Below, piece by piece: positions 32,980 through 43,004 of a stretch of DNA of 48,648 nucleotides (position 1 is the stretch's first letter; each line of letters begins with the position of its first letter). The position numbers and the translations under genes are program-made. This DNA is from Acidimicrobiales bacterium (lineage in GTDB: Bacteria; Actinomycetota; Acidimicrobiia; Acidimicrobiales; Bog-793): assembly GCA_049696635.1 (NCBI GenBank), contig JBAVUF010000160.1, positions 1-48,648 of the forward strand. Reading direction: 5' to 3'. The notes under the pieces are model-generated. The model worked only from the letters and a program-made list of their open reading frames with translations. It did not search any database and had not been told where the DNA came from.

Positions 32980-34233
32980 TCAGACCGTTCGGCTCGCCTG
33001 TCGGCGCACGTCGGCAAGGACGCGATGCGCGCTCGGCGGCAGCCGCGGATCGAGCGACATCCGTTCGAGCTCTCGATCGACCACACCTCGATCGAGGTCG
33101 AGGAAGCACATTCCGTTGAGTTCTCCGCGGCTCGCATCTTCGAACACCCGACGTAGCGACGACTCACCGATCGCCCGCCCGCCAAGGCCCGCGATGACGG
33201 TGTGCACGGGCGTCCCCTCATGCGCAACGACAGCACCGACATCTGCCCCGAGGAAGCCCTTCGCGCCAATGGCGAATGCCTTTTCGACGACGATGACACG
33301 AGACGCGCCCGCGAGGACGTCTGCGAGCTCATCCAGGGGGAACGGGCGAAACGTCGTTAGCGAGATGACACCGATACGCGCGCCGTCGGCGCGCATCGCG
33401 TCGACTACGTCTTTGATCGTCCCAACTACCGACCCAAGGGCAACAACGATCGTCTCGGCGTCGTCGCAGCGATAGGCGTCGAACAGTCCGCCGCGCGCCC
33501 GCCCGACGACCTTCCCGTATTCGGCCGACAGCTCCGGGATCCGCTCAAGTGCCTCGAGCTGGCGGGCGTGCGCGAGATAGCGGACCTCGGTGAAGGCCTC
33601 AGGCCCGACCATCGACCCGATCGACGCCGGACGCGCCCAGTCGAGCTCCTCATGCGGCGTGAACGAAGGCAGAAAACGGTCGACCTGGTCTTGATCGGGG
33701 ATGTCGACGCGCTCGACAGCGTGGGTGAGGATGAACCCATCCATGCACACCATGACGGGAACTGACAGCTCCTCGGCGAGCCGGAACGCCTGTACATGCA
33801 GATCTACCGCGTGCTGGTTCGATTCGGCGAACAGCTGGATCCAGCCTGAGTCCCGAAGCGCCATCGCGTCGCTGTGGTCATTCCAGATGTTGATCGGCGC
33901 ACCGATCGCGCGATTCGCGACGGTCATCACGATCGGCAGTCCGAGCCCCGACGCGTTATACACGGCTTCCGTCATGAACAGCAGACCCTGGCTCGCGGTC
34001 GCGGTGTACGCCCGCGCGCCCGTCGCCGAAGCTCCGATCGACACGGACATCGCCGCGAACTCGGACTCGACGTTGACGAACTCGCAGGGCGAAAGACGAC
34101 CTTCCTTCACGAGCACGCCGATGCCTTCGATGATGTGCGTCTGGGGCGAGATCGGATACGCGCAGACCACCTGTGGCCGGCAGAGCGCCACCGTCTCCGC
34201 GATCGCGCGGGAACCTTCGATCTCACGAAGCAT
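32980..34233 (-). CDS. porA: 2-oxoacid:ferredoxin oxidoreductase alpha subunit
   Basis: MLREIEGSRAIAETVALCRPQVVCAYPISPQTHIIEG...YTATASQGLLFMTEAVYNASGLGLPIVMTVANRA. I prefer ATG 34233 over the track start 34332. Confidence 0.9.
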   Translation of the reverse strand: MLREIEGSRAIAETVALCRPQVVCAYPISPQTHIIEGIGVLVKEGRLSPCEFVNVESEFAAMSVSIGASATGARAYTATASQGLLFMTEAVYNASGLGLPIVMTVANRAIGAPINIWNDHSDAMALRDSGWIQLFAESNQHAVDLHVQAFRLAEELSVPVMVCMDGFILTHAVERVDIPDQDQVDRFLPSFTPHEELDWARPASIGSMVGPEAFTEVRYLAHARQLEALERIPELSAEYGKVVGRARGGLFDAYRCDDAETIVVALGSVVGTIKDVVDAMRADGARIGVISLTTFRPFPLDELADVLAGASRVIVVEKAFAIGAKGFLGADVGAVVAHEGTPVHTVIAGLGGRAIGESSLRRVFEDASRGELNGMCFLDLDRGVVDRELERMSLDPRLPPSAHRVLADVRRQASRTV

Positions 34234-34834
34234 CGTGACTGCCCACCATCTCTCTCGCCGCCGCCTGGAACTCCTCGGCCCCGATCCGATACGCCTCGCG
34301 CGTCGCGGCGACGTTGCTCGAGGCGGACGCACCTGAGAATCGCTCCTCGATGGCCCTAATCACTGCGGGTAACGAGACAATCCCGGTAACCGCAGCGAAC
34401 CCACCGAGCAAGACCGCGTTCGGCAACGGCCGGCCTAGGTGCTTGAGCGCGAGCTCGGTCGCGCCGATCGCGAGGAGATGGCCCGACGGCAGGCTCAACG
34501 CCAGTGTGCCCAAGCCGACCTCGATGATCGGTTTTGAGGTGTTGATGACGACGTAGCCGTCGGTGCTGAGACCACTGAACAGCCCCGGTTGTCGGAGCAG
34601 CGTCGGGTCCTGGATGATCAGCGCGTCAGGTTCCGTGATCGGCGAACGAGTTCGGATCTCTTTGTCGTCGATGCGACAGAACGACACGACCGGTGCCCCG
34701 GTTCGCTCCGAACCGAAGGTGGGAAAGGCTTGCGAGAATCGTCCATCGTCGAACGCGGCGACCGCGAGCAGCTCCGCGGCAGTCACGACGCCCTGTCCAC
34801 CCCGGCCATGGAAGCGAACTTGGAACATCGTCAC
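34223..34834 (-). CDS. porG: 2-oxoacid:ferredoxin oxidoreductase gamma subunit
   Basis: MFQVRFHGRGGQGVVTAAELLAVAAFDDGRFSQAFPTFGSERTGAPV. It overlaps the porA start by 11 nt. Confidence 0.9.
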   Translation of the reverse strand: MTMFQVRFHGRGGQGVVTAAELLAVAAFDDGRFSQAFPTFGSERTGAPVVSFCRIDDKEIRTRSPITEPDALIIQDPTLLRQPGLFSGLSTDGYVVINTSKPIIEVGLGTLALSLPSGHLLAIGATELALKHLGRPLPNAVLLGGFAAVTGIVSLPAVIRAIEERFSGASASSNVAATREAYRIGAEEFQAAAREMVGSHDAS

Positions 34835-35053
34835 CTTTCATCGACTCGGTCGCGAGCAAACTCGCAACGGAACTCTTCGTGCTCATAGTTGCGATAAAAG
34901 ACGCCTCCGACTAGGGCCGATGGTCCTTGCGGCGGTCGCGACGATCACCTGGCTAGCGAGCCGTTCCGCCCCGAGTCGGTGTCGATCGACCCGGGCTGCG
35001 TGTCGGACCTAGAGCTCGCAACCTGCCTTCGACATCGAGCCGCAATTCAGTTT

Positions 35054-36070
35054 CTAAAACTCAACGGCTTCAAAGGGCGGATCAGATTCGTCAAGGTGTG
35101 CCGCAAGCTGCTCTTCGGTTAAGAGGCCCGGTTGTGATCCAAGCTCGTGTGAGACGCTCATTACGTTGACCGGAGGCCGACGAAGCGCGTCGCGCAACGA
35201 CAGCGAGCGAATGAGACCAGAAAGAAACGTCGCGCCGAACGCATCATCAACGCCAGTTCGATCTAATGGAGCGCTTGAATCCGGAAATGGCGGCACGCGG
35301 TACCTTTCGGCGCGGTTGCTGACGGCTCCGGCGCCTCGCTCGTCCCATACGACTGCGCACCTGCAACCGAGATCGAGGAGTGCATCTAGGAGCTTCGTGT
35401 GATCGAGGTTTCCCGTACCAGCAAGAGCGGCAGCTGCTGATTCGCTACACAGCACAACGTCCGCGCGGGCATAAAGGCGAGCCAGCCGATCGACGCCCGC
35501 GCCGATCTGATAGGTGCCGGGTTGGAAAGCCAGCTTGACCCTCGGGTTCTCCTCGAGCCAGTCGGCGATCAGATCCTGGTAGTCAAATGCGTTAGGACCG
35601 AGAGAGCTGAGATAAAGCCACGCCGGTATCTCGCTTGGCCGCAAGTGCGGCCAGTGATACTCGAATGCTTCGTGGCGGACCAAGATTGTCCGTTCCCCAC
35701 GAAACAGCAGCACGAAATTCTGGTTCGTATGCACCGTAGAGTCCACATGGATTAGTCGCGTGTCAATGCGCTCGGCGTGGAGCGAGTTGAGTAAGTCGAG
35801 CCCAATGTGGTCGTGTGCGAGAAAGCTCGCGAGCCCGACCCGAAGGCCGAGCCGCGCGAGTGCTACTGCGGTGTTCGAGCCGCTGCCACCGATGACTGTC
35901 GTCGGCTCTCGGTCGTAGGGGAATTTGGCTCCCAGCGGAATTTCGAGCCAGCGGTTGCTCTCGTCGCTGTGCTCTCGTGCGATGTTCTCGGGCAGTCGGA
36001 TGAACGTATCAGTGGCGACGTCGCCAAGACTCACGACGTCAAAGCGCGGAGAGGATGTGACGAAGGTCAT
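35054..36070 (-). CDS. PfkB-family carbohydrate kinase
   Basis: It has the N-terminal DVVSLGDVATDTF, GGSGSNTAVALARLG, and C-terminal TGVDDAFGATFLSGL (the DTxGAGD-like motif, here divergent). Confidence 0.8.
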   Translation of the reverse strand: MTFVTSSPRFDVVSLGDVATDTFIRLPENIAREHSDESNRWLEIPLGAKFPYDREPTTVIGGSGSNTAVALARLGLRVGLASFLAHDHIGLDLLNSLHAERIDTRLIHVDSTVHTNQNFVLLFRGERTILVRHEAFEYHWPHLRPSEIPAWLYLSSLGPNAFDYQDLIADWLEENPRVKLAFQPGTYQIGAGVDRLARLYARADVVLCSESAAAALAGTGNLDHTKLLDALLDLGCRCAVVWDERGAGAVSNRAERYRVPPFPDSSAPLDRTGVDDAFGATFLSGLIRSLSLRDALRRPPVNVMSVSHELGSQPGLLTEEQLAAHLDESDPPFEAVEF

Positions 36071-36657
36071 GCCCGCTCACCACCAACCGAGTGTTTTCTA
36101 GTACTTTGTGACGTTCGAGAAGTCCACGACGAAATGTCGAGTTGTCCGTTCCAGCGAACACCGTGTTGAAAGCGCCGCTGCGCTGGTAGGTCTGAAGGTT
36201 GCCAATCGGAGCGCGCGTGGCGGTCACTCGGGTGAACCTGTCGTGTGCCGTGGTCACGGACCTTGGACCCAAGAACGCGAATTGACTCGATCAATTCTCG
36301 ATTCCGAATGCTCTTCGGGACCACCGTCGCGCCGGCGTCGAGAGCTACAAGCTCTTCTGCGATTGAGATCGTTCCAATATGAAGAATCAGCGCGATGTCG
36401 ATTCCAGACTGCGCTACCGCGCGACAAAGGTCGATACCGCATCGGGGCAGACGACCGTCGATAACGGCTACATCAGGTGCGCAAGAGAAGATTGCCTCTT
36501 CGGCTGCCTCTATCGTGCCGACGGCAGACACCACTGTGAAGCCTGCGTCGCGGATTAAGTCGGCGAGCAATGCTCGTTGTTTCTCATCGACTTCGACCAG
36601 TACCACCCGGATCGGCGGGCCAAGGTCCTGCATGCCGAGCATCGTGCATCGCCACAT
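36067..36657 (-). CDS. single-domain response regulator (receiver) with an uncharacterised C-terminal tail
   Basis: IRVVLVEVDEKQRALLADLI...PDVAVIDGRLP...ATVVPKS gives a receiver pattern. The first acidic pair is atypical (VD/E rather than DD). About 60 C-terminal residues are low-complexity. The stop overlaps the PfkB start (ATGA). Confidence 0.55.
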   Translation of the reverse strand: MWRCTMLGMQDLGPPIRVVLVEVDEKQRALLADLIRDAGFTVVSAVGTIEAAEEAIFSCAPDVAVIDGRLPRCGIDLCRAVAQSGIDIALILHIGTISIAEELVALDAGATVVPKSIRNRELIESIRVLGSKVRDHGTRQVHPSDRHARSDWQPSDLPAQRRFQHGVRWNGQLDISSWTSRTSQSTRKHSVGGERA

Positions 36658-36889
36658 CCGGCAGGACTAGAGGATAAGGGCTCGACCTCCCTGTGCTGCG
36701 ACACACAAACAAAGGCTCCGCCGCCGCGCTTCATCGGGCAGGCAAACGATTCTTGGGCTGACGTGACCTTCGCCCCTGGGATGGCGAGCCCTCTGTTGCC
36801 ATCCTTGATATGGAACGCGCGCGTGAGCGCCCGGTCGATCGCGGCAGGTAGAGCGCCCGTTTCTACCTCGTTGGCTCGCGATGGGATGT

Positions 36890-37081
36890 TCAGGGGGATT
36901 CGGGACCCATTTGCTCCGGGTCATCCAGCAGGACTCCAACTTCACGTGCTTCTTCAATGTCGAGGGGGTATTGATCGTCGTCGCGATCGTCGTCGAAGTC
37001 GATCTCGCTATCGCCGAAAATGGGTTCATATTCCTCTCGTCGGCAACCTACGAATCCCGAGTCACTCCATGCCAGCTCCAT
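36890..37081 (-). CDS. small highly acidic protein (hypothetical)
   Basis: 63 aa: MELAWSDSGFVGCRREEYEPIFGDSEIDFDDDRDDDQYPLDIEEAREVGVLLDDPEQMGPESP. No family is assigned. Confidence 0.35.
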   Translation of the reverse strand: MELAWSDSGFVGCRREEYEPIFGDSEIDFDDDRDDDQYPLDIEEAREVGVLLDDPEQMGPESP

Positions 37082-37391
37082 GCCACCTCCTCCTCATGCT
37101 GAGCGAACTCTGCTCACCTCTCATGTAGACCGTATGGCTATGGGCGCCATAGAGCCAATAGTCCCGACTTGATTCATCTCTGAGTTGGTATTTGGAGGTT
37201 CGGACGCGAAGTGTGCGCAACTTTTTCGTAAGACCGCGTTGCTTGCGAACAGTGTCAGCATCGACCCCGACCGTGGGAATCCAACGCCGATGGGACTCCA
37301 TTACGCCCCGATCCGTAGCCGAGCGACTGGGGCAGAGGTCTGCAAAGGCGCGATCGGAGCGATCCGTCCACTCGAGCTTCCGATTACACCA

Positions 37392-38384
37392 TCAGCACAC
37401 CGTGAGCCGCCGAGCAACGTCGATTAGCTGCTGAGGAACGGCTCGTGCACCTTCTGCGACCGCGCCGAGCGGCGCCAATCGGACTTGTTCGTCAAGAACG
37501 CTCGTCATCGTGTCGAATGCACGGTCGTGCGCCGCTTCGAGTGCCAACACGCCGAAATTCGTCGCAAGCAAACGGTCGCTGGCAATGGGAGCACCACCCC
37601 GTTGCACATGACCCAGCACAGTAAGTCGCGTTTCGAAGCCAGTTCGCGCCGCTAGGCCTGTTGCGACGAAGTTGCCCCTCGACTCGCGCACTTCTTCAAG
37701 CTCATTCACGAATGTCGCGCCCTCGGCAACAACGACAACCGAGGAGGTGGATCCGGCATCGTGGCGCTTTTGAATCGCCTTCGTCAAAACATCGAGGTCG
37801 GTCAGCCGTTCGGGAACGCAAATCGCATCTGCGCCCGAAGCGATGCCTGCACTCAATGCGAGCCAGCCTGTGGCGCGACCCATGACTTCCACGACCATCA
37901 AGCGGTCATGGCTTTCACCCGTCGTGTGCACTCGATCAATCGCGTCGGCCGCGGTCGCGACAGCAGTGTCGAACCCGATACAGCGACGCGTTCCCATGAC
38001 GTCGTTATCGATCGTCTTTGGAACACCGATTACTGGCAACCCTGCGAGCGCGAGGTTATGAGCGGATCCGAGCGTTCCATCCCCACCAACGACAATGAAC
38101 ACATCCAGTCGATAGAGCTCGACGGTCGCGCCAACTGCGGCGACACCACCTTCGTGTTCATCTGGATGGAAGCGAGCGGTCCGAAGAATCGTCCCGCCGC
38201 ATTGAAGAATTCCTTTGGTGGCGGAAGGGGAAAGTTCGTAACCATCGCCTTCGACGACGCCGCGCCACCCATGATGAAACCCGATCACATCATCGCCCTC
38301 TTGCTCAGCGACACGTACGACGGCGCGAATCGCTGCATTCAATCCTGGGCAATCACCGCCGCCTGTGAGCAATCCAATGCGCAT
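37392..38384 (-). CDS. pfkA: 6-phosphofructokinase (actinobacterial type; ATP versus PPi dependence not resolved from sequence)
   Basis: MRIGLLTGGGDCPGLNAAIRAVV, VVGGDGTLG, GVPKTIDNDV and MGRATGWLAL. GGDG is as in ATP enzymes, while PKTIDND is as in PPi or actinobacterial enzymes. Confidence 0.9.
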   Translation of the reverse strand: MRIGLLTGGGDCPGLNAAIRAVVRVAEQEGDDVIGFHHGWRGVVEGDGYELSPSATKGILQCGGTILRTARFHPDEHEGGVAAVGATVELYRLDVFIVVGGDGTLGSAHNLALAGLPVIGVPKTIDNDVMGTRRCIGFDTAVATAADAIDRVHTTGESHDRLMVVEVMGRATGWLALSAGIASGADAICVPERLTDLDVLTKAIQKRHDAGSTSSVVVVAEGATFVNELEEVRESRGNFVATGLAARTGFETRLTVLGHVQRGGAPIASDRLLATNFGVLALEAAHDRAFDTMTSVLDEQVRLAPLGAVAEGARAVPQQLIDVARRLTVC

Positions 38385-38586
38385 GACCTGTCTCCACTAA
38401 AATCAGTCTCGATCTGAGATTGCTCACCGCGAAGGACATGCAGCCAGAGCCAAAGGTCCCGTCCATCGAAATGTGCCGACACCCGACACCGGCGTGAGCA
38501 CTCACATACCCGGCGCGTGCCGTTCGGCCCTAGCTGGAGCGGCGTCGGCTAGCAGAGGATGAACCGTCGAAGGAAGGACCCCGAGA

Positions 38587-41322
38587 ATGGTCGACCTACA
38601 AGACAACGCGCCGTCTGCCGGGGCCTTCCCAACCGCGTGGGAGTTCGATGCTCTCCTAATGGACGGCAGGGCGATTCGCATTCGCCCGATTCGAGGATCT
38701 GACGCACCACGGTTGATCGCCTTCCACCGGCACCTGTCGCCGGAATCGATCTACCACCGGTATTTCCGCTTTTATCCGGAACTTTCAGAAAATGATGCCC
38801 GTCGCGACGCGGAGGTCGACTACCGGGACCGCATGTGTTTCATCGCCGAACTCTCTGCGGATCTCGTCGGATTTGCAAGTTATGAACGACTGTCCTCCGA
38901 CGCTGCGGTGGCGGAGATTGGGTTCTGCATTGCCGACGAAGTTCAGCACCGTGGAGCAGCAACTTTGCTGTTCGAATCGCTCGCCGCCTACGCACGGCTT
39001 TTTGGAATCAATCGGTTCGTCGCAGAAGTGATGTCCGACAACATCGCGATGTTGGACGTGTTCGGCGCGAGCGGACTTGAGTCGCGCCGGATGCAAAAGG
39101 ACGGTACGTGGTATCTCGACATCAGCCTAAATTCGACCCGCCGCTTCACCGCTTCCTGCGATACGCGCGAGGCCATCGCGGAGGCAGCGAGCATGACAGC
39201 TATCCTCCAACCTGCCTCGATCGCCGTCGTCGGTGCGAGTCGGCGGCCCGGCAACGTCGGACATGAAATCGTGCGTTCGTTGCTCGCGGGTGATTTTGCG
39301 GGAACCGTCTACCCCGTCAACCCACACGCCGATGCGATCTGCGGCGTTCCCGCGTGGCCAACTTTGTCATCGATACCAAGGCTGATCGACCTCGTCATCG
39401 TCGCGGTACATCCGACGAAGACTCGAGACGTCGTGAAAGAGTCAGCCGCAATCGGCGCACGAGGAGTCGTGATCGTCTCGGCTGGATTCGGTGAAACCGG
39501 CCTATCCGGGGAGGCTCTGGAGGGCGAAGTACTGGAAATCGCACGACGTTCCGGCATGCGGGTCGTCGGTCCCAATTGTCTTGGCGTTGTTAACACCGAC
39601 GACGACACGCGCATGAACGCGACCTTCGTCACGCTCGATTTGCTTCCCGGGCCGCTTGCCTTGATCTCCCAATCGGGAGCTTTGGGACTCACTCTGGCGC
39701 AACAAGCACGATCAAGACATCTTGGCTTGTCGATCATGGTTTCGATCGGGAACAAACTCGATGTGAGCTCCAACGACATCCTCTGTTTCTTGGAGCGCGA
39801 CGAGCGAACATCGATTATCGCGCTTTATCTCGAATCGTTCGGTAATCCGCGTAAGTTCGGCCGCATCGCATCACGGATTGGAAGAACAAAGCCGATCGTT
39901 GCTCTGACGGCGGGTCGTAGCAGCGCTGGAGTTCGTGGCGCACGTTCACACACGGCGGCCGCCGCAACGTCAGACGTTGTCGTAACCGCGCTGATGAATA
40001 AAGCAGGGGTTATCAAGGTCGACCGGTTAGAAGAGCTGTTGGACGTCTCGAGTGCGCTGCTGACCGGTCGTCTGCCGAAGGGCAACCGAGTTGCTCTCGT
40101 TGGAAACTCCGGCGGACCGCTGATACTTGCTGCGGACGCGTGCGAATCGCATGGCCTGATCGTGCCCGAGTTCTCCGCCGACACTCAGGCGATATTGAGA
40201 GACGCCACGGGACCAACCGCCGCAGTCGGAAATCCCGTCGACCTCACCGCCGACGGCACCGCGGAAGGGCTGGAGCAATCGATGGCGGCGGTCGTAAACG
40301 ACGACAGCATCGACTCCTTGGTCGTCGTGATCACCGGTCTTCCGATGCTCTCTCCTCGCGACGTCCGAAGCGCCGTCGAAGGGGTCGCAGCCAAGACCTC
40401 GAAACCCGTGCTTCTTTGCATTCTCGGCGATCTCGGCGATTTTGGCGGTTCCGACGAAACCGAAAGCCGAAGCTTCGCCGAGATCGGGACTCCGGAACGG
40501 GCGGCCACTGCGCTTGCCTATGTCTCTCGTTACGCCGAGTGGCGCGCTCTTCCCTCCGACGCTGCTCCTGATGACTTGAAAGCCACTTCCGTCTCAAACG
40601 CGGTCGTGGCTACCTTGTTGGACCATCGTCCGAGCGAAGGTTGGCTCGCATTAGACGAGGCGGCTCGACTGCTGCAGTCATGCGGAATCCCGATGTTGCC
40701 GACCCTTGGAGCAGACGACGTCGCCAACGCGATCAAAATCGCAGATTCCGTCGGCTACCCGGTGGCACTCAAAGCACGCGCGGGAACGATCGTGCACAAG
40801 TCCGACGTTGGAGGGGTGGCGTTGGGACTCCGGAACGCGGAGGAAGTGCGTGATGCCTACGTTCGCATGGAGGCGAACCTCGGTCCGCGAATGGGCGGCG
40901 CCGTTATCCAGCAGATGGCGCCAAACGGTGTCGAGGCAATTGTCGGGGTGGCGACGGATCCGAGCTTCGGCCCCGTTGTCATGGTCGGTCTCGGTGGCAT
41001 TCTCACCGACCTTCTTGGTGACCGAGCCTTTGCCGTGCCGCCGCTCGATGAGAGCGCCTGTGATCGAATGGTCTCGTCGCTTCGCGCCTCTCCGTTGCTC
41101 GATGGATATCGCGGCGCCGCCGTTGTTGACCGCGCAGCGCTCGTTCATGTTGTTCGACTTGTGAGCCAGCTCGCCGACGAGGTACCAGAACTCGCGGAGC
41201 TCGACCTCAATCCTGTGGTTGTCCATGCCGGAGGCGCCGTCGTCGTCGACTGCAAACTCCGGTTCAACCAGGCACCCGTCGGCCCAAGTCCCTTGTTCCG
41301 AGCTCTCCGGGCTCGCCGTTAG
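38587..41322 (+). CDS. GNAT acetyltransferase fused to an ADP-forming acyl-CoA synthetase-like module (Pat-like, GNAT-first architecture)
   Basis: The N-terminal GNAT reads IRPIRGSDAPRLIAFHRHL...IADEVQHRGAATLLFESLAAYA. A CoA-binding domain follows (IAVVGASRRPGNVGHEIVRSL...VYPVNP), then succinyl-CoA-ligase-like domains, then an ATP-grasp (GYPVALKARAGTIVHKSDVGGVALGL). Confidence 0.9.
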   Translation: MVDLQDNAPSAGAFPTAWEFDALLMDGRAIRIRPIRGSDAPRLIAFHRHLSPESIYHRYFRFYPELSENDARRDAEVDYRDRMCFIAELSADLVGFASYERLSSDAAVAEIGFCIADEVQHRGAATLLFESLAAYARLFGINRFVAEVMSDNIAMLDVFGASGLESRRMQKDGTWYLDISLNSTRRFTASCDTREAIAEAASMTAILQPASIAVVGASRRPGNVGHEIVRSLLAGDFAGTVYPVNPHADAICGVPAWPTLSSIPRLIDLVIVAVHPTKTRDVVKESAAIGARGVVIVSAGFGETGLSGEALEGEVLEIARRSGMRVVGPNCLGVVNTDDDTRMNATFVTLDLLPGPLALISQSGALGLTLAQQARSRHLGLSIMVSIGNKLDVSSNDILCFLERDERTSIIALYLESFGNPRKFGRIASRIGRTKPIVALTAGRSSAGVRGARSHTAAAATSDVVVTALMNKAGVIKVDRLEELLDVSSALLTGRLPKGNRVALVGNSGGPLILAADACESHGLIVPEFSADTQAILRDATGPTAAVGNPVDLTADGTAEGLEQSMAAVVNDDSIDSLVVVITGLPMLSPRDVRSAVEGVAAKTSKPVLLCILGDLGDFGGSDETESRSFAEIGTPERAATALAYVSRYAEWRALPSDAAPDDLKATSVSNAVVATLLDHRPSEGWLALDEAARLLQSCGIPMLPTLGADDVANAIKIADSVGYPVALKARAGTIVHKSDVGGVALGLRNAEEVRDAYVRMEANLGPRMGGAVIQQMAPNGVEAIVGVATDPSFGPVVMVGLGGILTDLLGDRAFAVPPLDESACDRMVSSLRASPLLDGYRGAAVVDRAALVHVVRLVSQLADEVPELAELDLNPVVVHAGGAVVVDCKLRFNQAPVGPSPLFRALRARR

Positions 41323-41509
41323 CACCAATCGAAGACGCCGCTAGACGGCCTGCTTCTTGAGCTAGGCAGAGTTATCTAACTCTTCTCTCACAACAGGCAG
41401 CGCGTCGTTGGTTTTGACGGATACCCGGCCTCGCGATTTGATGCCCCCGACATGCGACGTTGGTACAGCGCTTACCATTTAATCGTGTGCGGTTGGGCGG
41501 TAACTGGCC

Positions 41510-42997
41510 ATGACGAGCGGACCTGAAGGAGACCCCGGGCAGCTGCTCGGGGCGATCTTTTCGGCGAGCCCCGATGGAGTCGTCGTGATCGACAAGTCGG
41601 GAACAGTCGTGTTGTCGAGCCCAGCCATCACGTCCCTTTTCGGCTACTCCCCAGAAGAGCTCGTGGGCGCTTCCGTGGAGACCCTGCTTCCGCTGGACCG
41701 GAGAGCGATTCACGCTGAGCACATCACGCACTTCTTCGAGGCGCCCCACCCGCGTCAGATGGGAGCCGGTCTCGAACTTGCTGGCCGAAATCGCGACGGC
41801 GTCGACTTCCCGGTGGACGTCAGCCTCGCACCGGTTCGTGTGAGAGGCCAAGTGTACGTGGCCGCCTTCGTTCGCGACGCAAGCGAACGTCAGCGAGCAG
41901 TAGAGCGGCTCAACGCGGTTAACGAGATCACACAGCAGCTTCTCAGTGGAGCGAGCGCCGGCGAGATCTTTCCCATCGTCGCCGCGCGAGCACGCCACCT
42001 CAATCGTTCGGATGCTGTGTGGATCGTCCTTCCGAGCCGCGGGGGCAGCGGCGAGCTTGAGATCGCCTCCGTCGACGGGCCGAGCACCGAGATCCTCCTC
42101 GGATTTACCTTGTCGCCAGAGAGCAGCCGATCTGCCGGAGTGATGCGCACCGGCCGGTCCGACGTGATCGACGACTTGTCTCGCGCGACGAACGTTCCCC
42201 CGCAGTGCGCGTCACTCGATCTCGGGCCTGGCCTCTACGCGCCACTCGTCGCAAAGGAGAACCGACTCGGCGCCCTCGTTTTCGGACGAGTGCACGGGGC
42301 ACCCGCGTTCTCGCCGCTCGACATCGCCTTCGCCGAAGTGTTTGCAAGCGCGATCGCTACCGCGATCGAGCTCGGAGACGCGCGCCATGAGATCGACCAG
42401 CTCGGCATCGTCGCGGAAGAAGAGCGAATCGCTCGCGATTTGCACGACACGGTGATCCAACAGCTCTTCGCAATCGGTATGTCTTTGCAAGCGACGAGAG
42501 GCAGCGTCCCGGGCGCGCCTGGCGAGCGAATCGACGCTGCGGTGGACAATCTCGACGATGTCATCAAGGAGATTCGAAACACGATCTTTCGCCTTCCCGG
42601 GCGCGAAACCGCAATCGGGGGGCTACGCGACGAGATGTTACGAATCGCCGGGCGCTACGGAGAGGAGCTGGGCTTCATACCACGGGTGGGTTTTGACGGG
42701 CCCGTGGACGTGGCGGTTCCGGACGTCGTGATCGAACAATTGCTGCACGTGTTCGGGGAGGCGATGTCGAATATCGCCCGCCACGCGCGAGCGACGTCCG
42801 CGGAGTCGGTGGTCACGGTGGCAGACGGATTCGTCACCCTCTCGGTAACCGACGACGGTGAAGGAATCACCGATGAGCCGTCAGCAGGAAATGGTCTTAG
42901 GAATATCGAGCGGCGCGCGACCGACCTCGGTGGCACGAGCAGCGTTCGTCGTCGCGACCCGCGTGGCACGATCATCGAGTGGCGCGTACCGGTCTGA
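41510..42997 (+). CDS. PAS-GAF sensor histidine kinase (HisKA_3 / NarL-partner type)
   Basis: PAS (PDGVVVIDKSGTVVLSSPAITSLFGYSPEELVG), a GAF region, the H-box EEERIARDLHDTVIQQLFAIGMSLQ, and the ATPase G-box GNGLRNIERRATDLGG. Confidence 0.9.
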   Translation: MTSGPEGDPGQLLGAIFSASPDGVVVIDKSGTVVLSSPAITSLFGYSPEELVGASVETLLPLDRRAIHAEHITHFFEAPHPRQMGAGLELAGRNRDGVDFPVDVSLAPVRVRGQVYVAAFVRDASERQRAVERLNAVNEITQQLLSGASAGEIFPIVAARARHLNRSDAVWIVLPSRGGSGELEIASVDGPSTEILLGFTLSPESSRSAGVMRTGRSDVIDDLSRATNVPPQCASLDLGPGLYAPLVAKENRLGALVFGRVHGAPAFSPLDIAFAEVFASAIATAIELGDARHEIDQLGIVAEEERIARDLHDTVIQQLFAIGMSLQATRGSVPGAPGERIDAAVDNLDDVIKEIRNTIFRLPGRETAIGGLRDEMLRIAGRYGEELGFIPRVGFDGPVDVAVPDVVIEQLLHVFGEAMSNIARHARATSAESVVTVADGFVTLSVTDDGEGITDEPSAGNGLRNIERRATDLGGTSSVRRRDPRGTIIEWRVPV

Positions 42998-43004
42998 CGA
43001 GTTG

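Noticed and set aside
37062-37427. Two overlapping 79-80-aa ORFs on opposite strands downstream of pfkA.
   Set aside because: Neither has motifs or convincing codon bias. The region is treated as intergenic.
40678-41328. 216-aa minus-strand ORF at the end of the Pat-like gene.
   Set aside because: It is antisense to the ATP-grasp region of the 911-aa protein.
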